The notes beneath the pieces were generated by a model, which saw nothing but the letters and a program-made list of their open reading frames with translations, ran no database searches and was not told the DNA's origin. A DNA stretch of 32,000 nucleotides from Sulfuricurvum sp. GTDB lineage: Bacteria > Campylobacterota > Campylobacteria > Campylobacterales > Sulfurimonadaceae. Both the position numbers and the translations under genes were made by a program. Where the stretch lies: positions 368,272 to 400,271 of the forward strand of contig NZ_JASJOW010000003.1 in NCBI RefSeq assembly GCF_031427015.1. The letters are read 5' to 3'. Shown piece by piece: positions 8,948 to 17,483 of the stretch (position 1 is its first letter; each line of letters opens with the position of its first letter).

Positions 8948-10296
8948 GGACGCTCCTTCAAAACGGTATTTAAAATTGCACTGACGTGTGAGAGCTCATC
9001 ATCATCGATACTGCGTAAGTCGAGAAGAACTTTATCTTTTTCGATTCGGGCAATGAGACCTTGGTCACGGAGTGCTTTGATTAAGCGTTCGGCATTTTTA
9101 GGGTGATCTTCGATAATCAAGGCGAGACTCTCTAGTAAATGCTGAGGAAGTGATCCCCCTCCTGCATAGGTGGATGTTTTGCCCGTAGAAAGTTTATGTG
9201 GGTGCTCAATAGCTGAGAGGATAGCATCAGATTGTATTTGCATCTCACTAAGTGTTTTAGATAAGAGTTTATGGGTTTTGATCGCCTGAGGCCCTTTTTG
9301 GATATAACGTGTAAGAGTTTTTTCCAATACGGCCATCGTGAGTTTATCTACTCGAAGCATCCGCAAGAGTTGATTTTTTTTGATGGTATCAATCAACTCT
9401 TTTTTTCCGGCAATGATTCCGGCTTGAACCGATCCGAGCAGCTTGTCTCCGCTGAAACTGACCAGAGAAGGGGCATGTTCAAATAACGATTTCGCGCACG
9501 CTTCATTGCCTAGATAGGGAGCCTCGAAAAGATTCAAACTGCCGGCATCATAGTAGTCGATAATGTTATTGGACTGAGCAATCGGTATCAGCTCTTCAAA
9601 CGCTACCTCATGGGTAAAACCGACAACGGAGAAATTGGAGCGATGAACCTTCATCATGATGGCACTCTGCGGAGTGATTGCCGCCGTGTAATCGGAGGCT
9701 TTGGTCTTATTGGTCGTCCCTATCTCTTTGAGTAGGGTACCGCTCTCTCTCATCACATCGGGAATTCTAAAGGAACCGCCGATCTCTACCAGTTCTCCTC
9801 GCGATACGATCGTCTCTTTTCCTTTGGCGAAGGTATTAAGGATCAAAAAGACGGCCGCCGCGTTGTTGTTCACGACGATGGCATCTTCGCATCCCAGTAG
9901 AAACGAGAGTTTTTTAGTCAAATGTCCGTAGCGTTCCCCCCGTTTTCCGCTATCAATATCAAATTCAAGATTACAGTAGCTCCCGATGCTCTCCTGCATT
10001 TCATCGAGTATTGATTTTTCGATGGGGCTTCGCCCGAGATTGGTATGCAAAACTATCCCTGTAGCGTTGATGAGAGGAATCAATGAATCATGACACAGCG
10101 CATCCAGCCGGGATAAGACTATTTGTACCAAAACGGACTCATCGCTGCCATTTTCGATATCGATTTTACCGTGACGAATCTCTTCAAAGAGTTGACGAGC
10201 CAAGAAGGTTAGTGTTTGGCGATTAAGGGTGATAAACTCCGCTCGATCCAAAAATCTTCCCAATTGAGGGATGGCAGGTCTGCTAAGGGTCTCCAT
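8944..10296 (-). CDS. selA: L-seryl-tRNA(Sec) selenium transferase SelA
   Basis: 450 aa with INATGIVLHTNLGRSP and the PLP-lysine motif SFSGDKLLGSVQAGII characteristic of SelA. GGAG lies upstream of the ATG. Confidence 0.9.
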   Translation of the reverse strand: METLSRPAIPQLGRFLDRAEFITLNRQTLTFLARQLFEEIRHGKIDIENGSDESVLVQIVLSRLDALCHDSLIPLINATGIVLHTNLGRSPIEKSILDEMQESIGSYCNLEFDIDSGKRGERYGHLTKKLSFLLGCEDAIVVNNNAAAVFLILNTFAKGKETIVSRGELVEIGGSFRIPDVMRESGTLLKEIGTTNKTKASDYTAAITPQSAIMMKVHRSNFSVVGFTHEVAFEELIPIAQSNNIIDYYDAGSLNLFEAPYLGNEACAKSLFEHAPSLVSFSGDKLLGSVQAGIIAGKKELIDTIKKNQLLRMLRVDKLTMAVLEKTLTRYIQKGPQAIKTHKLLSKTLSEMQIQSDAILSAIEHPHKLSTGKTSTYAGGGSLPQHLLESLALIIEDHPKNAERLIKALRDQGLIARIEKDKVLLDLRSIDDDELSHVSAILNTVLKERP

Positions 10297-10312
10297 CGTA
10301 GTACTCCGATAC

Positions 10313-10333
10313 AGGTTAAAAAATATTTAACTT
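10313..10333. promoter_or_regulatory. 21-bp AT-rich palindrome, copy 2 (AGGTTAAA-AAATA-TTTAACTT) in the divergent selA / tRNA-Sec region
   Basis: Read directly. It lies 17 nt upstream of the selA start codon and 28 nt upstream of the tRNA-Sec 5' end. Confidence 0.5.
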
Positions 10334-10360
10334 TTATTTAGCTAGAATGGTATTTCGAGA

Positions 10361-10459
10361 TGGGAGGTATGTGACCCTGGTGGGCACCATGGACTTCAAA
10401 CCCATTGTTCGGGCAGGTGTCTGTTCGAAGGAAGGTTCAATTCCTTCACCTTCTCGCCA
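10361..10459 (+). tRNA. selC: tRNA-Sec (anticodon UCA), selC
   Basis: Anticodon loop CTTCAAA within GGACTTCAAACCC. T arm is GAAGG-TTCAATT-CCTTC (5 bp). An 8-nt 3' acceptor strand ACCTTCTC is followed by G and CCA (8/5 bacterial Sec geometry). The long variable arm is GGGCAG-GTGT-CTGTTC. Total length is ~98 nt. The 5' end is uncertain by 1-2 nt because the top acceptor pair is imperfect. Confidence 0.85.
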
Positions 10460-10494
10460 ACTCCTCTTTACTCTCATTCCACAAAAAACATAAA

Positions 10495-10515
10495 AGGTTA
10501 AAAATATTTTAACCT
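10495..10515. promoter_or_regulatory. 21-bp AT-rich palindrome, copy 3 (AGGTTAAAA-ATA-TTTTAACCT, perfect) between tRNA-Sec and the fdh operon
   Basis: Perfect 9-bp arms read directly. It lies 36 nt after the tRNA-Sec CCA and 185 nt upstream of the first fdh-operon ATG. Confidence 0.5.
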
Positions 10516-10606
10516 AATTATCTTATATTTTGCTTGATTTTTCTGTAATATTAAATAAACAATTTTAATATTAATTTAAGCTACAATGAAGAATAATTAC
10601 AAAACG

Positions 10607-10624
10607 TAAAAAAATAGTTTACTT
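10607..10624 (+). repeat. 18-mer TAAAAAAATAGTTTACTT, copy 2 (76 nt upstream of the fdh operon start)
   Basis: Identical to 7057-7074 by direct reading. Confidence 0.6.
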
Positions 10625-10699
10625 ATTGCCCAAAAAGATACAGGCTGTATCGCTACACGTTGGCAAAAATCTGATCGTAATAGACGACAAAGGATTTTT

Positions 10700-12202
10700 A
10701 TGACCGATTATAGCGCTATGACATACGCCTGTATGTATTTATTAGAAAACTCACCTGATACCGATAAAGATAAACTGATCCGTATTCAACAGAGTGTGGA
10801 TGACACTTTATTTGATAATACACTTGATTTCTCTTATCCTCTCAATGATCAACATTCTATTGTTCTGATAAACGACGGTACGTACAGTTTAATAGGATCA
10901 TTAGATGAAGGGTTCAAGGTACAAGTTGTCGATGCTTCTAAAATTGTTCGGATTGAAGGACGTGCCGGCGATTATCATGTAAACGTTCGAGTGGGAAACG
11001 AGATCGTTAAATATCCTGCGGCATCTTTGATTTACTGCGGAGATAACAATCCATGGATTAAATACGATGCGATTGAGATTCACGGTAATCTCTCCCGTGC
11101 GGCTTCCCAGCTTACTGCCAGAGCAACCAAAAACACCTTCACTAAGAGCCTTCTTTTCACGGAAGGACAATGCGATTACGCTTCCAAAGATACACCTGCC
11201 TGCCGTGCATGTCTGGAGAGCTGTGAGTATTCCGCTCTTGTCGAAGATACAGAGGCAAAAACCATCCATTTACGTTTAAGCGACTGTACCGAATGCGGTT
11301 CATGTGTTGCGGTTTGCCCATCCGGAGCGATCCAAAATTCCCGTTTTAATGTTGCGGGATTAATTGCAGCGTTGGAAAACAGCGAAGGTTACGGTGTTCT
11401 TATCGCAACCGATGCCGACTTGATGAAACTCTCTTCCCCTCTCTACAGCGAAACGGTGATACTCAGCGTTCCGAATTATTCTCTTTTTAATGAACTCTAT
11501 CTCTCGTTGTTGGTTCTCAAATCAGGGGGAGAGGTTTACTTCCCTGATATGACAACACTGCCGGTATCCACCCAAGCAGCGATTTGTAACGTTAACCGTA
11601 TCTTCGAACGCTTCGGTGGAGATGTGATCGGCGATATCGTCTCAGCGTCGCGCCATCCCAAACGTTTTGCACCGATTGCTCGACGATTGGACAATATGCC
11701 GCTTCGTATGGCGGTGAGCGAAGGGTTGGCATCTCTAAAAGGATATAGCAACAACGTCTATACCTTGCCGAATTCACTTTTCAGTGATCTGTACGTCGAT
11801 GATAAATGTACTTTGTGCATGGGATGTGCCTATGTGTGCAAAAGCGGTGCATTTCAAGCGCAGCCGGAGAATCAATCTCTGGCTCTTAATCCTGCATTGT
11901 GTACCGGATGCGGTCATTGTGAGAGTATTTGCCCTGAACACTCTATTTCTTTGGCACCGGGGCGTTTTAGAGAAGAGGAAACTTATGTAACTTTTTCGGC
12001 GGTTGCCAAAGATGACGTCTTTTGCTGTGTCGAATGCGGCAAACCGTTTGCAACGGAAAAAGCCATTGCGAAAGTGGCGGGTATGTTTGCCTCATTGATG
12101 TGGGACGATGTTAAAACTCGAACGCTCTATTGCTGCGGCGAGTGCAAACCGAAGTTGATGCTCAAAGATCACTTTGATAATACGGCTAAGGGAGAATATT
12201 AA
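10700..12202 (+). CDS. Multi-domain 4Fe-4S ferredoxin-type protein, first gene of the fdh operon (accessory or electron-transfer role)
   Basis: 500 aa. Cluster motifs are CRACLESC, CTECGSCVAVCP, CTLCMGCAYVCK and CTGCGHCESICP. The C-terminus has paired CCVECG...CCGECKP (zinc-ribbon or FdhE-like). The first ~150 aa are unassigned. Confidence 0.7.
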   Translation: MTDYSAMTYACMYLLENSPDTDKDKLIRIQQSVDDTLFDNTLDFSYPLNDQHSIVLINDGTYSLIGSLDEGFKVQVVDASKIVRIEGRAGDYHVNVRVGNEIVKYPAASLIYCGDNNPWIKYDAIEIHGNLSRAASQLTARATKNTFTKSLLFTEGQCDYASKDTPACRACLESCEYSALVEDTEAKTIHLRLSDCTECGSCVAVCPSGAIQNSRFNVAGLIAALENSEGYGVLIATDADLMKLSSPLYSETVILSVPNYSLFNELYLSLLVLKSGGEVYFPDMTTLPVSTQAAICNVNRIFERFGGDVIGDIVSASRHPKRFAPIARRLDNMPLRMAVSEGLASLKGYSNNVYTLPNSLFSDLYVDDKCTLCMGCAYVCKSGAFQAQPENQSLALNPALCTGCGHCESICPEHSISLAPGRFREEETYVTFSAVAKDDVFCCVECGKPFATEKAIAKVAGMFASLMWDDVKTRTLYCCGECKPKLMLKDHFDNTAKGEY

Positions 12203-12783
12203 TGGAATCGCTTGTTGGCGCTAGAGCCTCAATCTATAGTGTCTTAGGTTCGTTATACCGAAATGAAGGGGTAGAGAAAGATTCAGAATCGATCCTCACG
12301 GTACTTCGTGCTGTGAGTGAATCGCCGTTTACCGAGGGGATCAAGGAATACACCGATCGGATGATCACCGCATTGCAAGATCATAAAGACGAGGTAGCGC
12401 GGGAAGCGCATGTTTTGTTTAATCTCCCGTTCGGCGATTTTATCAACTCTTCCATGTCGTATTATCATGATCAACGCGAACTCGGGATGCCGACCATTAT
12501 GACCAAAGAGATTATGTGTGAAGCCGGATACATTAAAGCCGATTTCGTGAGTGTCGGGGAAGATGAAGCCGGTATAGTATTGGGTCTTTCCGCCAGCTTG
12601 CTTAACGATGGACATATCCAGTTGCATAAAAAACTCTTCCAAAATGTTATTGAGCCTTATATCGGAGGATTTATCGATGCGCAGTTTAACAGTGATCGAG
12701 CTGATTTTTACCAAGAGTGTGCTTCGTTTTTAGCCCTTTTTATCGCATTCGAAAAATCGTATTTTGAATTCTATTTATCTTAG
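12202..12783 (+). CDS. TorD/DmsD-family redox-enzyme maturation chaperone for formate dehydrogenase (FdhM-like)
   Basis: 193 aa. The start overlaps the previous stop (TAATG). The position directly upstream of the Tat-dependent FdhA matches Campylobacter/Wolinella-type fdh loci. Sequence-level assignment is weak and rests on an all-helical acidic protein. Confidence 0.55.
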   Translation: MESLVGARASIYSVLGSLYRNEGVEKDSESILTVLRAVSESPFTEGIKEYTDRMITALQDHKDEVAREAHVLFNLPFGDFINSSMSYYHDQRELGMPTIMTKEIMCEAGYIKADFVSVGEDEAGIVLGLSASLLNDGHIQLHKKLFQNVIEPYIGGFIDAQFNSDRADFYQECASFLALFIAFEKSYFEFYLS

Positions 12784-12797
12784 GAAAGGAGGTAACA

Positions 12798-13013
12798 ATG
12801 GACACTAACGGACGACGAGATTTTCTCAAACGGTTAGGGATCGGAGGCGTTGTTGCGGCGGGAAGTTTAGGCTTGATCACCGCGACGCATCCCAGTCGCC
12901 ATCGGGGTGAACACACCGAAGGTGATGGGGTTGCTGTCGGGAATTCCCGCAAAGATGAAACACTCTATACTAAAACGGAATATTGGGACAAATTTTATAA
13001 ATCTGCCCTCTAA
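12798..13013 (+). CDS. Small twin-arginine signal protein of the formate dehydrogenase region (Tat-target family)
   Basis: 71 aa with GRRDFLKRLGIGGVVAAGSL Tat motif and AGGAGG upstream (12785-12790). A small Tat protein directly before fdhA is a known feature of epsilonproteobacterial fdh operons. Confidence 0.7.
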   Translation: MDTNGRRDFLKRLGIGGVVAAGSLGLITATHPSRHRGEHTEGDGVAVGNSRKDETLYTKTEYWDKFYKSAL

Positions 13014-13034
13014 TTTTTATGAAAAGGAGAACGA

Positions 13035-15875
13035 ATGAGTCCAAGAAACTCAACGGAATTGTTGAATTCGAAGATGGGACGCCGATCATTTTTAAAAATG
13101 GGCGCGCTCACTTCGGTCGGTGCGGTTGCTGTTTGCTCAGCAAGTGAACCGATAGTCAAAGCAACGCCGAGTCAGCTGAAAGAAGCCTATCCGGGTTCAA
13201 AAAAAGTGAAAACTATTTGTACCCACTGCTCGGTCGGATGCGGAATTATTGCGGAAGTAAAAGACGGTGTCTGGGTAAGACAAGAGGTCGCTCAAGAACA
13301 TCCTGTAAGTCTCGGCGGTCATTGCTGTAAAGGTGCCGACCTGATCGATAAAGTACGCTCAACGAACCGTTTGCGCTATCCGACAGTCAAAAAAGACGGT
13401 GTCTGGGAACGTATCGGATGGGATGAAGCGCTTGATTCAGTGAGTGCTCAAATCCAAGCTCTACAAAAAAAATATGGACCTGATAGCATCATGATGCTTG
13501 GGTCAGCAAAAGTTTCGAACGAACAATCGTACTATATCCGCAAGTTTGCCGCGTTTATGGGAACGAATAATATCGATCATCAGGCTCGTATCTGACATAG
13601 CCCTACAGTCGCCGGTGTGGCGAATACACTTGGGTATGGCGGTATGACCAACCATCTGGGAGATATGCAAAATTCGAAAGTCATTTTGATTATGGGAGCT
13701 AATCCTGCGGTCAATCACCCTGTCGGAATGCAACACATTCTAAAAGGGAAAGAGAACGGTGCGAAAATTATTTCGATCGATCCTCGATATACGAAAACAT
13801 CTGCACATGCGGATTTGTTTGCACGTATCCGAACCGGAACCGATATCGCATTTTTATACGGAATGATCCGTTACATTGTTAAAAACAACTTGCATGACAA
13901 GCAGTATTTGGATGAACGTGTTTTCGATTGGGAATCCATTGTTGTCGAAGCAGAGCAGTATACGCCGGACGTCGTTGCGAACGTGTGCGGATGTACAGCG
14001 GAAAAATTCCTTGAAGTGGTCAAGCTTTTTGCTGAAAACTCTCCGGGTTGTTTGATCTGGAATCAGGGATGGACACAGCATACGATCGGAACCAGTAATA
14101 CCCGTTTAGGGCCGATTATGCAAATGTTCCTCGGAAATATCGGAAAAGTGGGTGGCGGATGTAACATTCTTCGCGGACATGACAATGTTCAAGGGGCGAG
14201 CGACATGGCCAACCTATCCGACATTTTGCCGGGATACTACCCGATCAATGAGGGGTCTTGGAAATATTATTCAGGACAATGGCAAGTCGATTACGAATGG
14301 TTAAAAGGTCGATTCAAAACCAAAGAGATGATGGAGAAAAAAGGGTTTGCCCTCTCTACATGGCCTTGGGGAGTTATTGATGATGAGAATGCTGAAAACA
14401 ATGCAGGAACGCCTCTTAAAGCGTTGATTTGTATCGGTAACGGTATTTCAACCATTACAATGACCCATAAAACGAAAGAAGCATTGGACAAACTCGATTT
14501 GGTCGTCTTTATCGATCCGTATGTCAATGATGCGGCGGTTATTACCGATCGTACCGATAATATGTTCTTGCTTCCGGCAGCCAGCCAAGTGGAAAGTTCA
14601 GGTTCGGTAGCGGCGACAAATCGCAGTTATCAATGGCGTTCACAGGTTGTCAAACCTCTTTATGAAGCGAAAGAAGACCACGACATTTTATTTGAATTTG
14701 CAAAACGTCTCGGGTTCTATGAAGAGTTCACCCGTTCGTTGAAAAACGGCAAACCGAGTTACGAGTGGCCGGAAGATGCGACGAGAGAATTTAATCGTGC
14801 CGTTAAAACGATTGGTCTACAAGGGGTAACACCGGAACGTATGAAACGCCAACAAGAGAATTGGGCGCTGTTTGATCCGATTACTCTAAAAGGCTCCGGT
14901 GTGGTTGAGGGGGAATATTACGGATTGCCGTGGCCGTGCTGGAGTGATAAACACCCTGGATCTCCGATCATGTACCGAACCGATGTGTCGGTTATGGAAG
15001 GTGGTATGGGATTCCGCGCAGGTTGGACCGATAAGGGACCAGATGGCAAACCGGTGGTGGTTGCTGAGAAAAACGGACAAACCCTACTTGCGGTGAATGA
15101 ACCGGTCGGTTCACGATTTAAAGGGGGACATCTTGAGATTACCGCAGACAATATCGAATCTTTCGGTATCACTCTAACGGCTGAAGAAAAAGAGAAAGTC
15201 AAAGGGAAAAACTGGAAAAACGATAATACGTATATTCTGGTTAACAAAGCGTTGGAAGCAGGACTTTGTCCCTACGGAAACGGAAAAGCGAGAGCGCGTG
15301 CATGGGATTGGGCTGACCAACTTCCGAAACACCGTGAACCGCTTCACAGCTTCCGTCAGGATTTGGTTGCCAAGTATCCGACGTTTGAAGATAAAAAAGA
15401 TCACTACCGTACGAACATTCGTTACGCCAGTGAGCAAAATAAACAAAACTGGGTTGCGGATTTCCCGATCAATGTGGTCACAGGACGTATCGTTGAACAC
15501 ATGGGTACGGGAACCGAAACTCGAGCCTCAAAATATTTGGCTGAACTCTCAGGGGAAATGTACGCACATATCCATCCGACACTCGCCAAAAAATATGGGG
15601 TTGATAACGGTGACATGATTTGGGTACATGGAACGGGCGAAGGTAAGATTAAAGTGAAGGCGGTCTACAGTTATTCGGTCGCTGAAACGGATATTTTCAT
15701 GCCGCAAAACTTTTCGGGTCTATGGAGCGGTAAAAGCCTCGTAGACAAATATCCGAAGGGGACTGCACCGTATGCGCTCGGAGAAAACTCGAATCAGGTT
15801 ACAAGTTACGGGTATGACATTGTCACCGCTTGCCCTGAAACCAAATGTACGCTCGTGCGTATTGAAAAAGCGTAG
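13035..15875 (+). CDS. fdhA: Periplasmic formate dehydrogenase catalytic subunit FdhA, a selenocysteine-containing Mo/W-bisPGD enzyme (946 aa with U at codon 187)
   Basis: ORFs 13035-13595 and 13617-15875 are in the same frame and separated only by TGA 13593-13595. The context NIDHQARI-U-HSPTVAGV is the conserved Sec/Cys active-site motif. There is a Tat signal GRRSFLKMG and an N-terminal 4Fe-4S motif CTHCSVGCG...C. selABCD are adjacent. Confidence 0.92.
13609..13623 (+). promoter_or_regulatory. Candidate SECIS apical hairpin (TCGCC-GGTGT-GGCGA) downstream of the fdhA UGA
   Basis: A 5-bp GC-rich stem with a G/U-rich loop starts 16 nt after the U of UGA, close to the spacing of the E. coli fdhF SECIS. 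A lower stem (about 13603-13634) can only be drawn with bulges. Confidence 0.5.
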
Positions 15876-15887
15876 GGGGGCTGATAA

Positions 15888-16484
15888 ATGTCACGTATGA
15901 AATTTTATTGTGACGATTACCGATGCATCGATTGTAACGGGTGTGTCGTCGCGTGTAAAGAAGCGCATGAGATTCCTGTCGGCGTGAATCGCCGACGGGT
16001 TATAACCATCAACGAGGGGATCGAAGGTAAACAGAAATCTCTCTCGGTGGCGTGTATGCATTGTTCCGATGCACCGTGCCAAAAAGTGTGTCCGACGGAT
16101 TGTTTTTATATCCGAACGGACGGGATCGTATTGCATGACAAAGATAAATGTATCGGATGCGGCTATTGCCTTTATGCATGTCCGTTCGGTGCGCCTCAGT
16201 TCGGACATGAAGGTATCTTCGGTGTCAAAGGGGTCATGGATAAATGTACCTTTTGTGCCGGTGGACCGGATGAAACGCTCAGTGAGAATGAATTTGAACA
16301 TTACGGACAAAACCGTATTGCCGAGGGAAAAATCCCGATGTGTGCATCGATGTGTTCAACCAAAGCGCTCATTGCCGGTGATGCCTCTGAAGTCGATAAG
16401 ATTTATGAGTATCGCACTGCTAAACGCGGTGATAATACATCGTTGAAACCATACGGATGGGAGGCGTACAACAATGGAAAGTAA
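15888..16484 (+). CDS. fdhB: Formate dehydrogenase iron-sulfur subunit FdhB
   Basis: 198 aa with four Cys clusters (CIDCNGCVVAC, CMHCSDAPCQKVCP, CIGCGYCLYACP, CTFCAGG...C), typical of the DmsB/FdhB family. Confidence 0.9.
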   Translation: MSRMKFYCDDYRCIDCNGCVVACKEAHEIPVGVNRRRVITINEGIEGKQKSLSVACMHCSDAPCQKVCPTDCFYIRTDGIVLHDKDKCIGCGYCLYACPFGAPQFGHEGIFGVKGVMDKCTFCAGGPDETLSENEFEHYGQNRIAEGKIPMCASMCSTKALIAGDASEVDKIYEYRTAKRGDNTSLKPYGWEAYNNGK

Positions 16485-17421
16485 AACTTTTTGGGAGTGT
16501 AATAAAGCCTACATTCTAACGGCACTCGGGCTTGGTGTTGTCGGATTCGTTTTTGTCGGATTTTTGATGATTATGGATTGGGGTTACCTGATCCAATATA
16601 CGATGCATGCAATGATCGGTGATACCAGCGGTGTACTTACTGCTCCCGCTTCAGAGTTGGAGCAAATGGTGAACGCCGCTTTTGGTCCGGCTTACAATAG
16701 CGTTGCTCCTGAAATTATTCGTGCGAGCAATGAGCGACAAGAGTATATCTGGTACGTATTCTTTGCCGAGATACTGATTTTTGTCTTTTTGTATATTAAA
16801 AACGGTCGAGTTACGCCGACGATTACACGTCCTAACGACACAGTTCAAGTACTGACACCGTTCCAACGAACGGTGATTTGGCTGAATATCGGGATGATTT
16901 CGATACTCGTCTTGAGCGGATTTAATATTACATGGGGTTTACGCTCTGAGGGGGGAGATCTTCCTCGTATCTTGAGAGAATTCCATGAATTAACCGGTTT
17001 GGCATGGATCGGTGTTTGGCTCGTCTTTACCGTTATTGCGGCTAAAGATATGAAAGGGTGGAGAAAAAACAGTACTTTCCGCCATTTCTTGCCGGGAAGC
17101 TTTAAACCTTCCAAGCGAGTTATCTGGTTTTTCTATGCGGCTATGGGGGCAGCGCTTTGTTTCAGCGGTGCGATGATTATTACATTGCATCCGAGTTCAT
17201 TGACGCATGCCGATGTCATTCAATTCCGACGTGTATTGCTCTATCTACACTTCGGTGCCAGTGTTTTAATTATGTTCTTTATTCTTGATTTTGTCTACGC
17301 CTCGGCGGTTTCAGTCAAAGGATATCTAAAAGGGCTATGGAGTGGTAACTATCCGAGAGAATATCTTGAACAGGTAGCTCCGGATGTATTGGAAGATTTG
17401 AAAAAAGCGGGACGTGCATAG
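16474..17421 (+). CDS. fdhC: Formate dehydrogenase membrane (cytochrome b-type) subunit FdhC
   Basis: 315 aa with several hydrophobic helices carrying conserved His residues (FHELTGLAWIGVWL, LYLHFGASVLIMFF). It overlaps the fdhB end by 11 nt, and its position matches fdhABC. Confidence 0.75.
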   Translation: MESKTFWECNKAYILTALGLGVVGFVFVGFLMIMDWGYLIQYTMHAMIGDTSGVLTAPASELEQMVNAAFGPAYNSVAPEIIRASNERQEYIWYVFFAEILIFVFLYIKNGRVTPTITRPNDTVQVLTPFQRTVIWLNIGMISILVLSGFNITWGLRSEGGDLPRILREFHELTGLAWIGVWLVFTVIAAKDMKGWRKNSTFRHFLPGSFKPSKRVIWFFYAAMGAALCFSGAMIITLHPSSLTHADVIQFRRVLLYLHFGASVLIMFFILDFVYASAVSVKGYLKGLWSGNYPREYLEQVAPDVLEDLKKAGRA

Positions 17422-17440
17422 CGTCTAGCATTGGTTCGAA

Positions 17441-17466
17441 GCGGAGGAATTCTCCTCCGCAATTTT
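17441..17466 (+). terminator. Rho-independent terminator-like hairpin between fdhC and fdhD
   Basis: GCGGAGGA-ATTC-TCCTCCGC (8-bp GC-rich stem, 17441-17460) followed by AATTTTAT. Confidence 0.6.
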
Positions 17467-17483
17467 ATATATAGGGTATCGAC

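Noticed and set aside
10361-10459. tRNA-Sec as an integration hotspot marking a genomic island.
   Set aside because: No integrase, no direct repeat of the tRNA 3' end, and the flanking genes are functionally coherent (selA on one side, fdh on the other). The AT-rich islet is 9 kb away.
10460-10699. A possible Moco or other riboswitch upstream of the molybdoenzyme operon.
   Set aside because: The region is extremely AT-rich and lacks the GC-rich multi-stem architecture expected of a Moco riboswitch. Only short AT palindromes and repeats are visible, and these are reported separately.
13593-13616. The gap between ORFs 13035-13595 and 13617-15875 could be read as a nonsense mutation or pseudogenised fdhA.
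   Set aside because: Both ORFs are in the same frame and the interruption is a single TGA at the conserved Sec/Cys active-site position (HQARI-U-HSPTV). A hairpin lies downstream, and selA, selB, selD and tRNA-Sec are all adjacent. This is Sec recoding, not a pseudogene.
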